DNA of 37,358 nt from Folioceros fuciformis (taxonomy: Eukaryota), in contig JBNGIO010005973.1 in assembly GCA_049999805.1 (NCBI GenBank), forward strand, positions 192,154-229,511, in the 5' to 3' direction. Shown piece by piece: positions 1-11,700 of this stretch. The translations under genes and the position numbers were made by a program. Position 1 is the first letter of the stretch. Every line of letters begins with the position of its first letter. The notes beneath the pieces are model-generated. The model worked only from the letters and a program-made list of their open reading frames with translations, searched no databases and was not told the DNA's origin.

Positions 1-2
1 CG

Positions 3-1883
3 AGAGGGGGGCTCGAGAGCGGGGCTGCGGCCAGGGAGAGCGTGGCATGGCCATTGCTTGTGCGGAGCCTGGGGAGCGTCGTGGAGCGGGAGACGCAGGG
101 TGCGAGGAGTAAGGAGGATGGGGAGGCGGGGCTGCTGAGTACCAGCACTGGCAGTGCTATCGTTGCGACCAGGTCGAACTGGGTGGAGCGGGACGCCGTT
201 TCCTGGGCCCTGCGGGCCTACCTCTGTAAGCACAAGAATGTGGCGGCCGCGGACGCCTCGCGGATAGTGGAAGGTGCCCCTTTGTTCAACAGGAAGGTGG
301 TGGCGGCTGTGAAGGCGGGGATCGCGCCGGGGAGGTTGGGGCACACGAGCCATTTGAATGAGGAGACGTGTCGGCAGCTTGCCGAAAATATGTTCATGCG
401 CGACGACGTGAACGTGCTGGAGCCGTTTCTGGAGAGCTTGGGAGTGGATGCGGAGGATTGCGAGGATCTGGCCGGCTCGGTGACGCTGGACCTGGCCGAG
501 CTGGTGGCCAGCATGAAGGTGCTGGAGGAGGCGGGGATCCAGAGGAAGCAGATTTGGCGGCTGCTGGAGCGGGATCGGAAGTTGCTGAATTGCTCGGCCG
601 CTGATTTGGAGGTGGGACTGAAGGCGCTGTCGGAGTTAGGGTTTTCGCGGCGGGAGATTAGGGAGATCGCTTCCAAGTGTCCCGCGCTGATGCGGATAGG
701 GTTGGCGGATTTGGCAGTAGACCTGGATGAGGAGGATGGGGGTCGAGGTGAGGAGGTGGTTGGGAAGGACGGGCTTGCTGTGGTGAGGAAGAATGTGCGG
801 TATCTGAAGGAAGAGTTAGGGTTTTCAGGGAAGCAGATCATCAAGCTTGTGCAGGGCTACACCAAGACGTCCAGGTTTCTGTTGAGCGACATGGCCGTTG
901 TGATGCAGCCGAATGTGGAGCTGTTAAGGGAGATCGGGCTGACGAATGAGAATATCCGGAGAGTTTTAGGGTATTCTCCGGCAGTGATGAGCTTGACGCG
1001 GGGCAACATCGCTGACAAGATCCAGTATTTGGAGAGCTTGGGAGTGGACTGTGTCGGGAAGGTGATCACCCGGTTTCCTGCTATCCTGCAATACAACATC
1101 ACCAGCAATGTGGGACCGAAGATTGAGTACTTGAAGAGCCTGGGAGTGAAGTCGTCGGGGTTGGGAAAGGTGCTGACGCAGTGTCCGTCCTTGATGGGGT
1201 ACAATCTGGATGGGAAGCTGAAGCAGACGATAGCGTTTTTGGAGAGTCTGGGGCTGAAGGGGGACAGGTTGGCAAGACTCATCGTGACCAAACCGCCGGT
1301 GCTCTCGTACGCTGTGGATGGAAGCTATGCGGAAACGAGGGAGTTTTTGATGAACCTTGGGTTGGAGCCGGGGACGAAGGCCATGGCAAGGGCCTTCGCA
1401 TCTTCCTTCACCAGCTCTGTTGTGGCAATGCAGGCTCGTTTTGAGTTTTTTGTTGCCAGGGGCTTTCCTCGGGAGTGGGTGCGGGATATGCTCAGGGCCC
1501 AGCCGTCGCTGCTGTGTTTGAGCGAGCGCAATCTTATATGTAAACTGAATTTTTTTGAAGGCGTGGTAGACTTCTTTGATATGCCTCCATCCAGGGTCGC
1601 CATCTTCCTCTCCTTGAGTCTTGATGCCAGGGTGAAGCCCAGGTTCAGAGTCATGTCATGGCTTAAACAACATGGTCATCTGCCCATGAATTACTCCTTC
1701 CCACGTATGCTGGACGCGAGTGAGACAAAGTTTGTCAACAAGTATGTCACCCCTTATCCTGGGGCTCTTGCAATTTTTCGGGAAGCCCGACAAGCATGTG
1801 GCCGTGGCGATCGCGTTTCACAGCAAGATAGTGAGACGACTGAAAAGTCTTCCGACTCGGCACTGTTGTATGACGTTTCCTAG
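3..1883 (+). CDS. mTERF-family (organellar transcription termination factor-like) protein, 5'-partial, single exon in the window
   Basis: The frame of the 42..1883 ORF has no stop back to the window edge. It contains ~30-aa mTERF repeats (LGFSRREIREIASKCPALM, IGLTNENIRRVLGYSPAVMSL, VGKVITRFPAILQYNITSNVGPKIEYLKSLGV) and the typical plant mTERF C-terminus (LSLDARVKPRFRVMSWL...SETKFVNKYV). Confidence 0.9.
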   Translation, partial: RGGLESGAAARESVAWPLLVRSLGSVVERETQGARSKEDGEAGLLSTSTGSAIVATRSNWVERDAVSWALRAYLCKHKNVAAADASRIVEGAPLFNRKVVAAVKAGIAPGRLGHTSHLNEETCRQLAENMFMRDDVNVLEPFLESLGVDAEDCEDLAGSVTLDLAELVASMKVLEEAGIQRKQIWRLLERDRKLLNCSAADLEVGLKALSELGFSRREIREIASKCPALMRIGLADLAVDLDEEDGGRGEEVVGKDGLAVVRKNVRYLKEELGFSGKQIIKLVQGYTKTSRFLLSDMAVVMQPNVELLREIGLTNENIRRVLGYSPAVMSLTRGNIADKIQYLESLGVDCVGKVITRFPAILQYNITSNVGPKIEYLKSLGVKSSGLGKVLTQCPSLMGYNLDGKLKQTIAFLESLGLKGDRLARLIVTKPPVLSYAVDGSYAETREFLMNLGLEPGTKAMARAFASSFTSSVVAMQARFEFFVARGFPREWVRDMLRAQPSLLCLSERNLICKLNFFEGVVDFFDMPPSRVAIFLSLSLDARVKPRFRVMSWLKQHGHLPMNYSFPRMLDASETKFVNKYVTPYPGALAIFREARQACGRGDRVSQQDSETTEKSSDSALLYDVS

Positions 1884-2340
1884 TTCCTTTGAGCATTTGT
1901 ATAGCCGTAACAGAAAACTGTATACAGGCAACGCTTTCTTTCCGATCATTTGCAGCAACTTGGAAGCTAGAAGAAAGGGCCCATAATTGACACGCTTCTT
2001 ATATCATGAGCTTCCGTAGCTTCAACGTCGGAGATATTGCATTTGTACGAAATACAATTCGAAAATCTGCCCAGGATCTCCATGTTACAAACTTCTGGAA
2101 TAAGCCCGCGAAAGGACACACTGTTGATGCGTTAAGCCAAGTTCCCGGCCACAGACACGATCTGGTGGTGCGACCTCTCCAGGTGATAGACTACCGAAAC
2201 AATCCTCCGAATTTCTTGATCATTTCGCTTACGTACATGATCTCTGCCAAAAATGACCAGAGCCCGCGATAAGGGAGGAGCTCAGGGGGGTTTCCAACAC
2301 GCTCCTGCTCCAAACTGCGAACCGACCTAATTGCAGTAGA

Positions 2341-5300
2341 TTATGTACAGCCTCCAGTATCAACAGCTCCGCCGTGCCGCCTCTCCTTCTTGACTCTGGT
2401 TTCCTTGGGGTCGAAGCCGCCTTCAGATGCACCATAGACAGCCCAGTCTGGTGTGGGAGCCATGTAGTCTTCACTACTGAAAGATACCCCCGATGACACC
2501 TAGCACAAACATCGCATGCACTTCTGTCAGCAGAAAGACCTGCACCTGCACGTTAACACGCGTATTGCAACAGGTTGATCGTAGTTACCAAGTCATGGAA
2601 TTTTTCGTAATCAATCCAGGTATGCCACTTTCCCCCAACTTTGAACTTGGACTCCTTGGCGAGCAGGACACAGCAGGAATGAACATGCTCACAAGCTAGT
2701 CCATATTGTCCTCCTGATTCTGTAAGCAGAGATTCTGCAAATGCTCGGACGTCTTCATGCCAAGGGACATTCTCCATGGTCAACGAAGAAGTTGCAGTTC
2801 TGGATAGGAAGGCAGACAAGTGCATCAGTATCCGGACATCTTCGAAAAATTAAAAAGGTTGACAAAATCAGCACTTACGAGCCACAATATGTCACACCCT
2901 TGATCTCTATGAAGTCAGGTTCACCGAGCTGAAGAAGGTCGGCATAAGCCTTCACCTCTTCAGTGTTCCAGCCCTTGACTAGGGTTAGTCGGTACACGGT
3001 TCTCTGCTTTTTGCCACGAAGAGACCGCAAAGAGTCCTGTTGTTGTGCGACAGCGAGCGTTAGGCAGTCCTCGTACGACCTTCATCACAATCGGCAACAG
3101 GACATCCAACAAATTCAACAGCCTCCTTGAGCACGTACCACGAACCGCTCCCAAAAGTCTGCAAACAGAGGTCTATCTATTGCTTTCAACCTTTCCTTGG
3201 TTCCCGCATCAACACTTACATATAGCTGGCAGAACCACAGAATCCCATTGTTAGTCATATCTTCTCTACAGCTTCACACAGCATGCCGTCAAGAGATGGC
3301 AGAGCAGCTTACCTGAGTTATTGGATCTAGCAACAAGATACGATCAGGGAACTGAGCATTGGTGACCAAAAAAGTGGAAATTCTTCGCCTGTGAAGTTCT
3401 CCAACTAGTTTGTTAATCTCAGGGTACATAATCGGCTCTCCAACTAGCGACAGTGCACAATGCACAGGTGCCATTCCCTCTGCTATGCGCTCCGGTTTCA
3501 CACCTGTAACAGGGGCAAACTGCTAAGCATGCCTGCCCTACATCCATTCATCCTATTTCTGTATCAACCATACCACCTGGAACCCTTCATACCTGGAACG
3601 CCTTTCATCTGCTTTATCATCCGAACATGCTGATCGATTGCTGAGTTTACTATTTCTAAAGGATCATCCATCTTCCAACGCCAAGACCGTCCCACAGGGT
3701 TTGTATGGTGTCTCCAGCAGAAAACACATTTGTTTGCACACGCTAAACTTGGAGTTGTTTCCATACACCTGATAGCAATGCCAATCGTTAGGCACCTTTT
3801 CACCTTAACAAAAAGAAAAGCCATGGGCAGTGGTTCACCAGCTCGCTCAAGGAAAAAACATCACACTGACCGGTGGCTTTCAATTCCATAAAAAGAATGC
3901 TTGTAGCAGCCACCACGGCCGCGAAGCTGTGATTTTGTCCAGCGGCACAGCTTGACTCCACTGTGTGAACCAATGACTTTGTATCCCTACAGTCAAACAT
4001 AAAAGCTCATAAGAAGCAGATTACAGCAACTGGGGCACCTCTTTGCCGACCTAAATAAAGGTGAAGCTCTACCTGCTTCTCCAAGCTGGCACGTATCATG
4101 GGAGTAACCATTTCCTTTGCAACATCGTTGTTTGCTTTACTTACAGAAGAAACGGTGGTCTTCAGGCTAGCTTCATAGACTGGTTTATTGCCAACAATTT
4201 TCCTCACAATACCCCGTTTCTTAGATGGACCCTCAACTGACTTTGGGAACTTGCCAGCTATATCCTCCACATCAACTAAGCTGGAGCCTACACTCTGTTT
4301 GTCATCCACCTCTTCGTAATCACTGGTCACATAACTCTCCACCTCCTCGGCAGACTGGAGAGAATCTGCAGTGGCACTGCTGTAATTGGAGTCCTTGAGA
4401 TCCTCTCTTCCATCATTGTGTTGGAGTTTCTGCAGGAGATCATGAGCCCATGATGTAAACACTTCCTCCACATTGCCTTCATCTTGATCTCCCTCTCCAA
4501 GTTTCACAACCCGGATAGCACCAAGCTTGGACATGTTTTCATCAACAATTTTGCCCACTGCGTTAAACGTGGAGCCATAAGCACTGCTCCCGACCCCGAA
4601 CACAGCATACCTGCCGAGAAACACAGGACTGAAAGTCAGCAACTGAAGACTCAAGACCCTTTTATTACACCAAAAACTTACGACGAAGTTCTGTCCAGGT
4701 GTAGGAGGACTAAAACCTGCACTCACACAGCAGGCCTGAGCCAACCCTGAAGTCCTTTGCACTCTCCTCGAGCCAATTGGCCAGAAATGCTGCATTCTTT
4801 GGGGCCCTGCCATCCTCCCAGGTAGACGTGACGAAGATCACCAGAGTCTCCTTCGGCAGGTCCTCGGGTTCATACACCGCCGCATTCACCAGCTCGACTG
4901 GAAAATCCTGATCCAACAGCTGCTGATACAGCCTCTCAGCTAAACGCTGAGCTGTGCCCGTCTCCGATCCGAACAAAACTTTCGTCCTGGAATGCTCATC
5001 CTTCACACTCAAGTAACCATCCAACAATTCAGTCGGCACCGCAGCATAAGGCAACCCACCCTCTGTCCTGCAACATCCTGCACCGCAGCCCTCCGCCTGC
5101 TCCTCTGCTTCACCACCGCTTCCACCAACCCGACTGGACGAGCTCTCAGACCTTTGATTCCGTCTGCGAAGCGGCACAAGGTACTCACCCTCGTCTTCAG
5201 ACCGGCTCAAAATGTCCACTACCTTAACCTGCTGCCCAATCGGGCTATCCCACTCGTACTCGTCGTCGTCTGTATAATTGCCCTGGTAGCTGCCGGAAAC

Positions 5301-5630
5301 GCGCGTTACCCCATTCCCAGTCGCTGGCCATGCGGACGCCGTACAGCAGCGAGAACCCCTGACATCCGGAGCTACCTTCTTGCAACAATCTTCAGTGGCT
5401 GTTGGCTCTTCCACTTGGTCCTCAATCGACGGCCCCCGCTCCTTCAGCTCCGTCTCCTTCTCCTCCTCTTCCGCGTGCTTTTTCTGCGGGTCTTCCTGCA
5501 CCTGGATCGGCTCAAGCTCAATGGCCAGCGGAGCAGCCTTCCGGTACCGCACCACAGCCCAGATTGAAACGGAAACCGCCACGATCGAGGCGCACTTCAG
5601 CACGGTCAGGGTGGCGGACCGCATCGTCAT
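2341..5630 (-). CDS. TYW1: tRNA wybutosine-synthesis protein 1 (flavodoxin + radical SAM 4-demethylwyosine synthase), 9 exons, 849 aa
   Basis: Exons joined by GT-AG with consistent phase: 5630-4717, 4610-4073, 3986-3871, 3768-3593, 3503-3313, 3225-3139, 3036-2879, 2799-2589, 2499-2341 (2550 nt). Motifs: N-terminal hydrophobic anchor, flavodoxin LFGSETGTA and FGVGSSAY, GYKVIGSHSGVKLCRWTK, radical-SAM CANKCVFC, HCALSLVGEP, EIKGVTYCG, YGASEGGFDP. Confidence 0.95.
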
Positions 5631-6040
5631 GCTCTCAGCAGCAATGGCGGGCCTTCCATGCAGCTAGTCTGTGAAGCACCGCCTGCACGTTGTGAACCCC
5701 AGTGAGCCAGAACGAGCTAGTGCCGATCAAACCAGATCCTCAAGAGCGCGCAAAAATTCAGCGTTCCAGCTGATGAGAAATGGATATCCTTACCAGAAAC
5801 AGAACGAAGAAAATCGCTTCATTCAGAGACATACAGACATTCAGGTCATAGGGTGCTTGCAGAGTCTCGCGGGTGGGAATCAGCCCAGATCCCTTCGGCC
5901 AATATCATACACTCAGCTTGCATCGGAACGTTTATTAGGGTAACTCGAGGGGAGAGTGTGCCGAACCGGTGGACATGGATTTCATGGCCCTCCACGATCG
6001 GTTTCCTCATCCATGTAGACATGTATGTATGTCAGTAGAA

Positions 6041-7460
6041 CTAGGGTGGGTGAACTTTAACTACAGCTGAAACTCGAGGGTCGGTTGAGAGCGGTTCTCG
6101 GGACCTCTGGCCCCGATCTGGCTCACAGCGAAGGAATACGGCGCCCGATCGATGGAGAGCTTCGCTGCCAGCACGGTGGAGGAAGGCGAGAGACATGCAT
6201 GCTTGCTTGGAGCTGGACATCACACGATGTTTCGGACTCACAATTCGGCCATCAGTGGCGGCCTGGGAGCAACAACATTGCAAATTACTCAGTGTTGGAA
6301 ACTGTAACCCCTAACAATTTGGGAAACAGGTGAAAGAAGTGAACCACAGGATCCGGCGAAAATGTGTTAGTTGAAGGCATGAAAGGGATGGAAAACCGTG
6401 GACAATTCTTGCACCTGGAAGACTTGAGGTTTGATTCCCTGCCATTTGCCATTCTTGCGAAATTTGGAGCCCGCCGATGAGGTCTGATGCACCAGGGAGA
6501 GAAGCATGGGGTCAGTGTGAGGCCTGCTTGAAATGGTCTGCTCCGGCTGCGGAGATTTGCGGTAGTGGCTCCAGCGGAGAAGAGACGCAGCGCCGGCAGG
6601 GATGATTTCCTCATTGTCCTGTGTGAAGGCGGAGGAAGGGATGCTTAAGCTCTCAGCATTGAGCTCCAGGAGCGCCGCAGCCATGGCCTCGGACGCCAGG
6701 ATGTAGCACTTCATGAGAATGGCCATCCAGGATGCGTCCTCTGGCCCTGTACCGATGAGCGGAGCATTGGCGTCTACCACAGCCGGCGTGGACTGCACCG
6801 TGAAGGCTTCTTGTCAGATCCTGGCTATACCGTTCTGTTGATCCACATGCTCCACCTTCCCCAGGGGCGGGCCTGGAGGAATATGCCCTTTCTCGTCCTC
6901 CTGCACGCAGCAAGTGAGTTCGGTAGAGATGAAGACTGGACTTTGGAGCAATGCAGCGAGATTGTTATGCGCAGGCACTTCGATCTGCTTTTCGAGGAAG
7001 GCACGAGCCACAGTTTCCATGTTGTAAACCAGGTCGAGTGCAAATTTGTGGTTGTCGAAGAGTCCATATTCCTCCAGTGCGATGCGGATGGTGTTCAACA
7101 ACTGTTTTCTTCTTCACCCGGAGCTCAGCGCTGTTGCGTCGCATCACCATCGAAGTCTCTCCGTTGAATGGAAACCGTTAAAGCTGGTGTTGGAGGTTAA
7201 CCAGCTGTGGATGACGTCCAGATCGATGACGGGCATCTCCATCGACAGGGCATGTTGCTGGAGCTCGGACTCTGTAGGAAAGGCCTCTGCCACCTCCTGG
7301 CCAGCTCCCCTTTGAGCTTGTCCATGCGGCCGGGATTACTCCACAACATGCAAGATCTCAGGAGGTCTCTGTGGGGAGAGACAGGGGATAATCCAGCCGT
7401 ACTTGGCATAGCTGTCGTGAGGAGGCGGAGCTTGGCCACGACGGCTGTGGTGGCAGCCAT
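6041..7460 (-). pseudogene. 2-oxoglutarate/Fe(II) dioxygenase (plant DOXC, gibberellin-oxidase-like) pseudogene
   Basis: Fragments spread over several frames: EMPVIDLD (DIOX_N start, ~7240), ALEEYGLF.NH, HYRKSPQPEQTISSRPHTD (HxD), KNGKWQGIKP, and SPKHRVM...CMSLAF (distal His; the RxS arginine is replaced by Cys). Two in-frame TGA stops lie between 7114 and 7147, plus frameshifts. Confidence 0.75.
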
Positions 7461-8768
7461 GGAGCGTCTCTGCTAGGAGCTTGCAGCTTATAAGTTACGG
7501 CGAATGTAGTTTCCGGTCCTCCTGAGCTGTTCCCTCTTCAAAGGAATTATGGATTCCGTGAATTCCGTGGTTTCTTGAGGGCGTTCGGCAGTCTCCACTA
7601 AGCGCTCCTGCCGTTGGACGCTTCTTCAAGTGGTTGATGCGTATGAAATTCTTCGGCCGAGTGGTTGCCAATTTGTCCTCAGCGAAGCGTCCATTGGACG
7701 CTCCCTCAATTGTTTGATGCCTTTTGCTTCTCCTTTGTTCACAAACGCTTGATTGAAGCCGATCTCGTCCTGCTCACCCGCCTTCCCGCCTCGCATGTTG
7801 CCTATCGACGTCATTATTTTTCATTAGTACTGTAATATTATGTTATAATGGACGCTGTATGCAGTGGGTTGTGTCGGAAACGAAGTGCGAAGCGGTGGAG
7901 CGCAGCATTACGCTTCGGCCTGTCCTTCACTCTTCAGCTTACTCGCCACTTAACGCTGCCGCCTGAGTACACTTCAGCTTTAAATGCAGCTGCTCAGGGG
8001 CAATCCGTCCATCCCCGATTGCTTTCTCGCTTTCTGCATTGCGATTGTGGCTTCCAGGGAGCTTAAGCATAGCGTCGGTCTGTCTCCAGCTTCATCTGGT
8101 AGCGGAGTTGCGACTGGCGTGCCATGTTCTTGGTCGGAGGATTTCGTGGGGTAGGCGGAACTGGTGGTATATTTTGTTCCAGTTCGTTCAGTTGCGTACA
8201 CCGCCCCGTTTGTGCCAACTTCATTTGTCGTTGTGGGCCTCCACATTGCGTAGCAGCACTTTCCAATTTTGCAACTTTTTTGCTGTGCTGCGCTTTTGAG
8301 AAAGCCAGCGCTGTGGATGCAGGGTGCTGTCGAGATGCCGTAAGCATTTTGCCTTCCTTCGACAGGTTCTAAGCTCGTGGCGGAGGATAGCAGAGTCGGA
8401 ATTGTTGCTGGGACATTTGCGGTCAGCGTGTTCTCCAGTTGTCTTTTACTATCTGCGTTTCATCTTCGAATATCTGAGTGTGCCTTTTGACTGTCTGTGT
8501 TTCTCTTCCAGCAGAGACTTGAGGAAGGGAGCAGTACTTTCTGAATAGATAGTGTGAAACGCTGACGCACGTTCTTATTCTGGAATTAGTTTGGAAGAAG
8601 GTATGGGCCTTTGTTATCCAGGGCTGTAGCAAGCAATTAGTCTCCAGGGGTCTGTTGTAGTTGGCCTCAACTGTGAAAGAGCAATGACGGCGGCACGGGC
8701 CATGGTCGTCGCTGATATTCTTGGGTTGCTTTCCTGTCTGTATCCAGAGTAATTTGCCGAAGCAATTG

Positions 8769-11700
8769 ATGGGAGGGGGTTCGACGGGCTGGCAGCAGCC
8801 AGAACAGGGCCTGCCTGTTTACAATCATCCAGGCATGGCTGTCATTGAAGAGTCCCCTCGAGCTCTTTACCCACTCTCGGGTGGTGGCGATTGCCCGACT
8901 GAGGACTTCGTTGAAGCCTTCGACGATCCTATGATTGAAGCGGATGCGGAGGTCGCCGTAATTTCTGGAACCGGTGATGCTGTCATGCCTCAGCTTGGGG
9001 GCGCTCGGCTCTGTCTTGAAGAAACAAGGGTCGTGGATGTTTTCGGCGACTCTGGGACGCTACTTCCCCATCTGCCGGAGGGAGGCAGCTACACAGAAGG
9101 AGGTACTCCTGGGAATGAGACTGATGGCACAGTTGTCCATAAGCTCATGCATGTCACCTCTGACAAGCTTGACTTAAGCTTTGTGGAGAAGGTGATCGTA
9201 CCTGCTCATGAGATCCAGAATCTCTGCAATGCTATATCACCATCCGCAGCTTCACTTCGTGATGGCAAGAGCCAGTTGGACTTTGGTCTCTTAAACAAGA
9301 CCACTATGCAAGTGGTTGGAATGTATGGGAGCAAAAGGGTCCTCGTTGAAATCTTCAGGAGGCTGGGCTTGTCGTGCGTTGTTACTCTGTTGAAGGGAGA
9401 AAAGCTGGAAGCTGGTATTTATGGCTTCCGGCATGAAAGGGTTTTGTACGTGTTTTACTGGCATCTTGGGCAGCGTATGGACGAGGCATCCAGAAAGGAT
9501 GTTTCTTGTAATTTCATTCGCTATGTTATGGATTTATCTGGAACAGTTTATGTGTGTCTGGATGCCCAGGATATGGAGGCTTCCTTAGAGACTCGCCATT
9601 CAAGCGCTGGTACAAGAAAGCAACGAATTCAGAGGCTCCAAATTTCTCTGGTAAAGAAGTCGGAGAACGACTTGAAGATGAGTAGAGGGTTTGTCATATC
9701 TCCTTCCAAAGGGCTTCCTAACGGATGGTTGGAAGGGGCACAGTCTAGTACTACTGAAAGCAGAATCAATTTGACGCCCAGGCTTTTCAGTTCTCTTCAT
9801 CGTTGTGCTGTTCTCACAGCAAGACGTTGCCCTCCTCGAGCCGTCCATCACAAGCAGTCTGAAAGGCTGGCAGTGAAGGAACTCCCAGGGCTATTTCGGG
9901 CGTGGTCAAACAAGTATAATGTCGATGTAACGCAGTTACCAGATGCAGACTTGATAAACTTAGTAGAACTTGCTGATCTGGAAGGAAGTGATGACTATTG
10001 GGCGTTGATGGACGACGTCGAGCACAAAAGAGAAGCCCAACGACAGAAGTTCTGGAAGATGGAAGAGTTGTTAAGAACAGAGGAAGCCAAAGTTCTGAGC
10101 ATTTTGGGAGGAGCTCAGCAGGCCTATCTCGAACTTTCTCATCCTTGGGAGGAGACGTTTCTTAGAAACACTGCTTCATCCTTCCCAGTCGACCAGGACA
10201 AGAAGTGTGCCCGGGGTACGGCAGAACAAGGTGAGCCACAAAACACCTCCAGCAAAGCGTCTGCAGACAACCAGCTGCACGACGCACACATTGCGTTGTC
10301 CAATCTGTGGAACCGTGAACGTGACAACCCAGGATCGGATCCTCCATCTTTGATCCTCGTTGGCTCTGAAATCCAGATTCTTTTGGACAAAGGGTATTAT
10401 ATTGAACTTGGTGGCGAGGAGGAGTTTGTGATATTAAGTTCCAAACCAAAACACGGCCCTATACTATATGGGGAGGAGTTCGTTTTAAGAAAGAAACGCA
10501 ACAGTGAACCCTTTCCAGGACAGATGTTCATTGCGCATTGTGTGGAAGGCGTTTGTCCGAATGGCCCGGTGCTGTCATCTGATTATGTCCGAATTGAAGT
10601 CAAAGGTAATGCTCGCCAGTCTGCATTTTTTGAGAACACGCAGAAGACACACCGGTTGAAACTCGTGTTGCGAGGGGGCTCATCCAAAGCCATGCATGAC
10701 TGGTTGGCGTCGTACGGGACAACGGTGTTTCCCACACTGGACAAGCGAGTGGTGGACCTCGCCTTCGTGATGGGCAATCCGAATTTATTTGGTCCACACG
10801 TTTGTGCGGAGACTTTCTTTAATGTCTGCACCCTCTCCGAGTCCGATTCCCCGTTGTCGGGTTTCCAGAAGACATTTTCCCAAGAGAGGATGCATGCGCT
10901 TATTTCGAAAGCGAAACAAGCCCAACCGGATTATTCCTCTGAACGCAGGCAGGATTATCTCCGCAACCTTAACTCGTCTGAAAGACAGATGCTGATTGGA
11001 GTTTGCACCAAGGTGTATGAAGAAGCCTGCTCGCAGTTCTCAAAGAGAATAACTTGCATGGTGAAGGATTTAGTGACTCCCATGTTGAAACAGAGGATGG
11101 AAATGGAAAGGACTGTTGGGTCTGATTCACTGGAGAAGGATTCCGAGAGAGCACGTTCTGAATGTCTCAATGTCTTGCGAAGCCGACTCTCAAGTGGAAA
11201 GCTTCCAGATAAGCGCACCCTGGCAGTCAAAAGTTGCACCTTATGTACCAAACGGTGGAGTATTACCCGCTACTTCCGGAAGGCTCCGAAGGACTCGGGG
11301 GACGAAGAGGTTGAATTACATTTCGTCACCGAGGAAGTGGAAAGTGAACAAGTGGAGTGGAGAATGGTGGAGCTGACTCCGATGAAGAAAGACCTGGATG
11401 CTTTGTTGCAAAGGGATACACATGTTGTAGTTCCAGGTTGCTCTGCAAACTATAAGCTAATTGACGTGGATCCTACGTTTCAGAGACTATCCGCTGTATT
11501 TCCTATCAAGTCAGGCGAAGTACTTGTGTTTGTGGAAGATTACAGAGAATCTGCGATTCACCTCTACCTGATTCCCAAGCTGGGTCCAGACTTAGCGTCA
11601 AACCCGATCAAGACGTTCCGGAGAGGCCGGGACCTTGTGGCAGTGGATGAGGCAGCGAGGCTTGTAGCTTTCTATGACAAGGCTTTCCTCAAAATCAGCA

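Noticed and set aside
218-1654. Long antisense ORFs opposite mTERF (and similar ones opposite TYW1, the GTPase and the F-box gene)
   Set aside because: Shadow ORFs of GC-rich coding sequence with no recognisable motifs.
7500-8720. Short ORFs upstream of the giant GTPase gene
   Set aside because: No motifs; more likely promoter and 5' UTR, with candidate splice sites near 8367/8510 and 8601/8747 that I cannot confirm.
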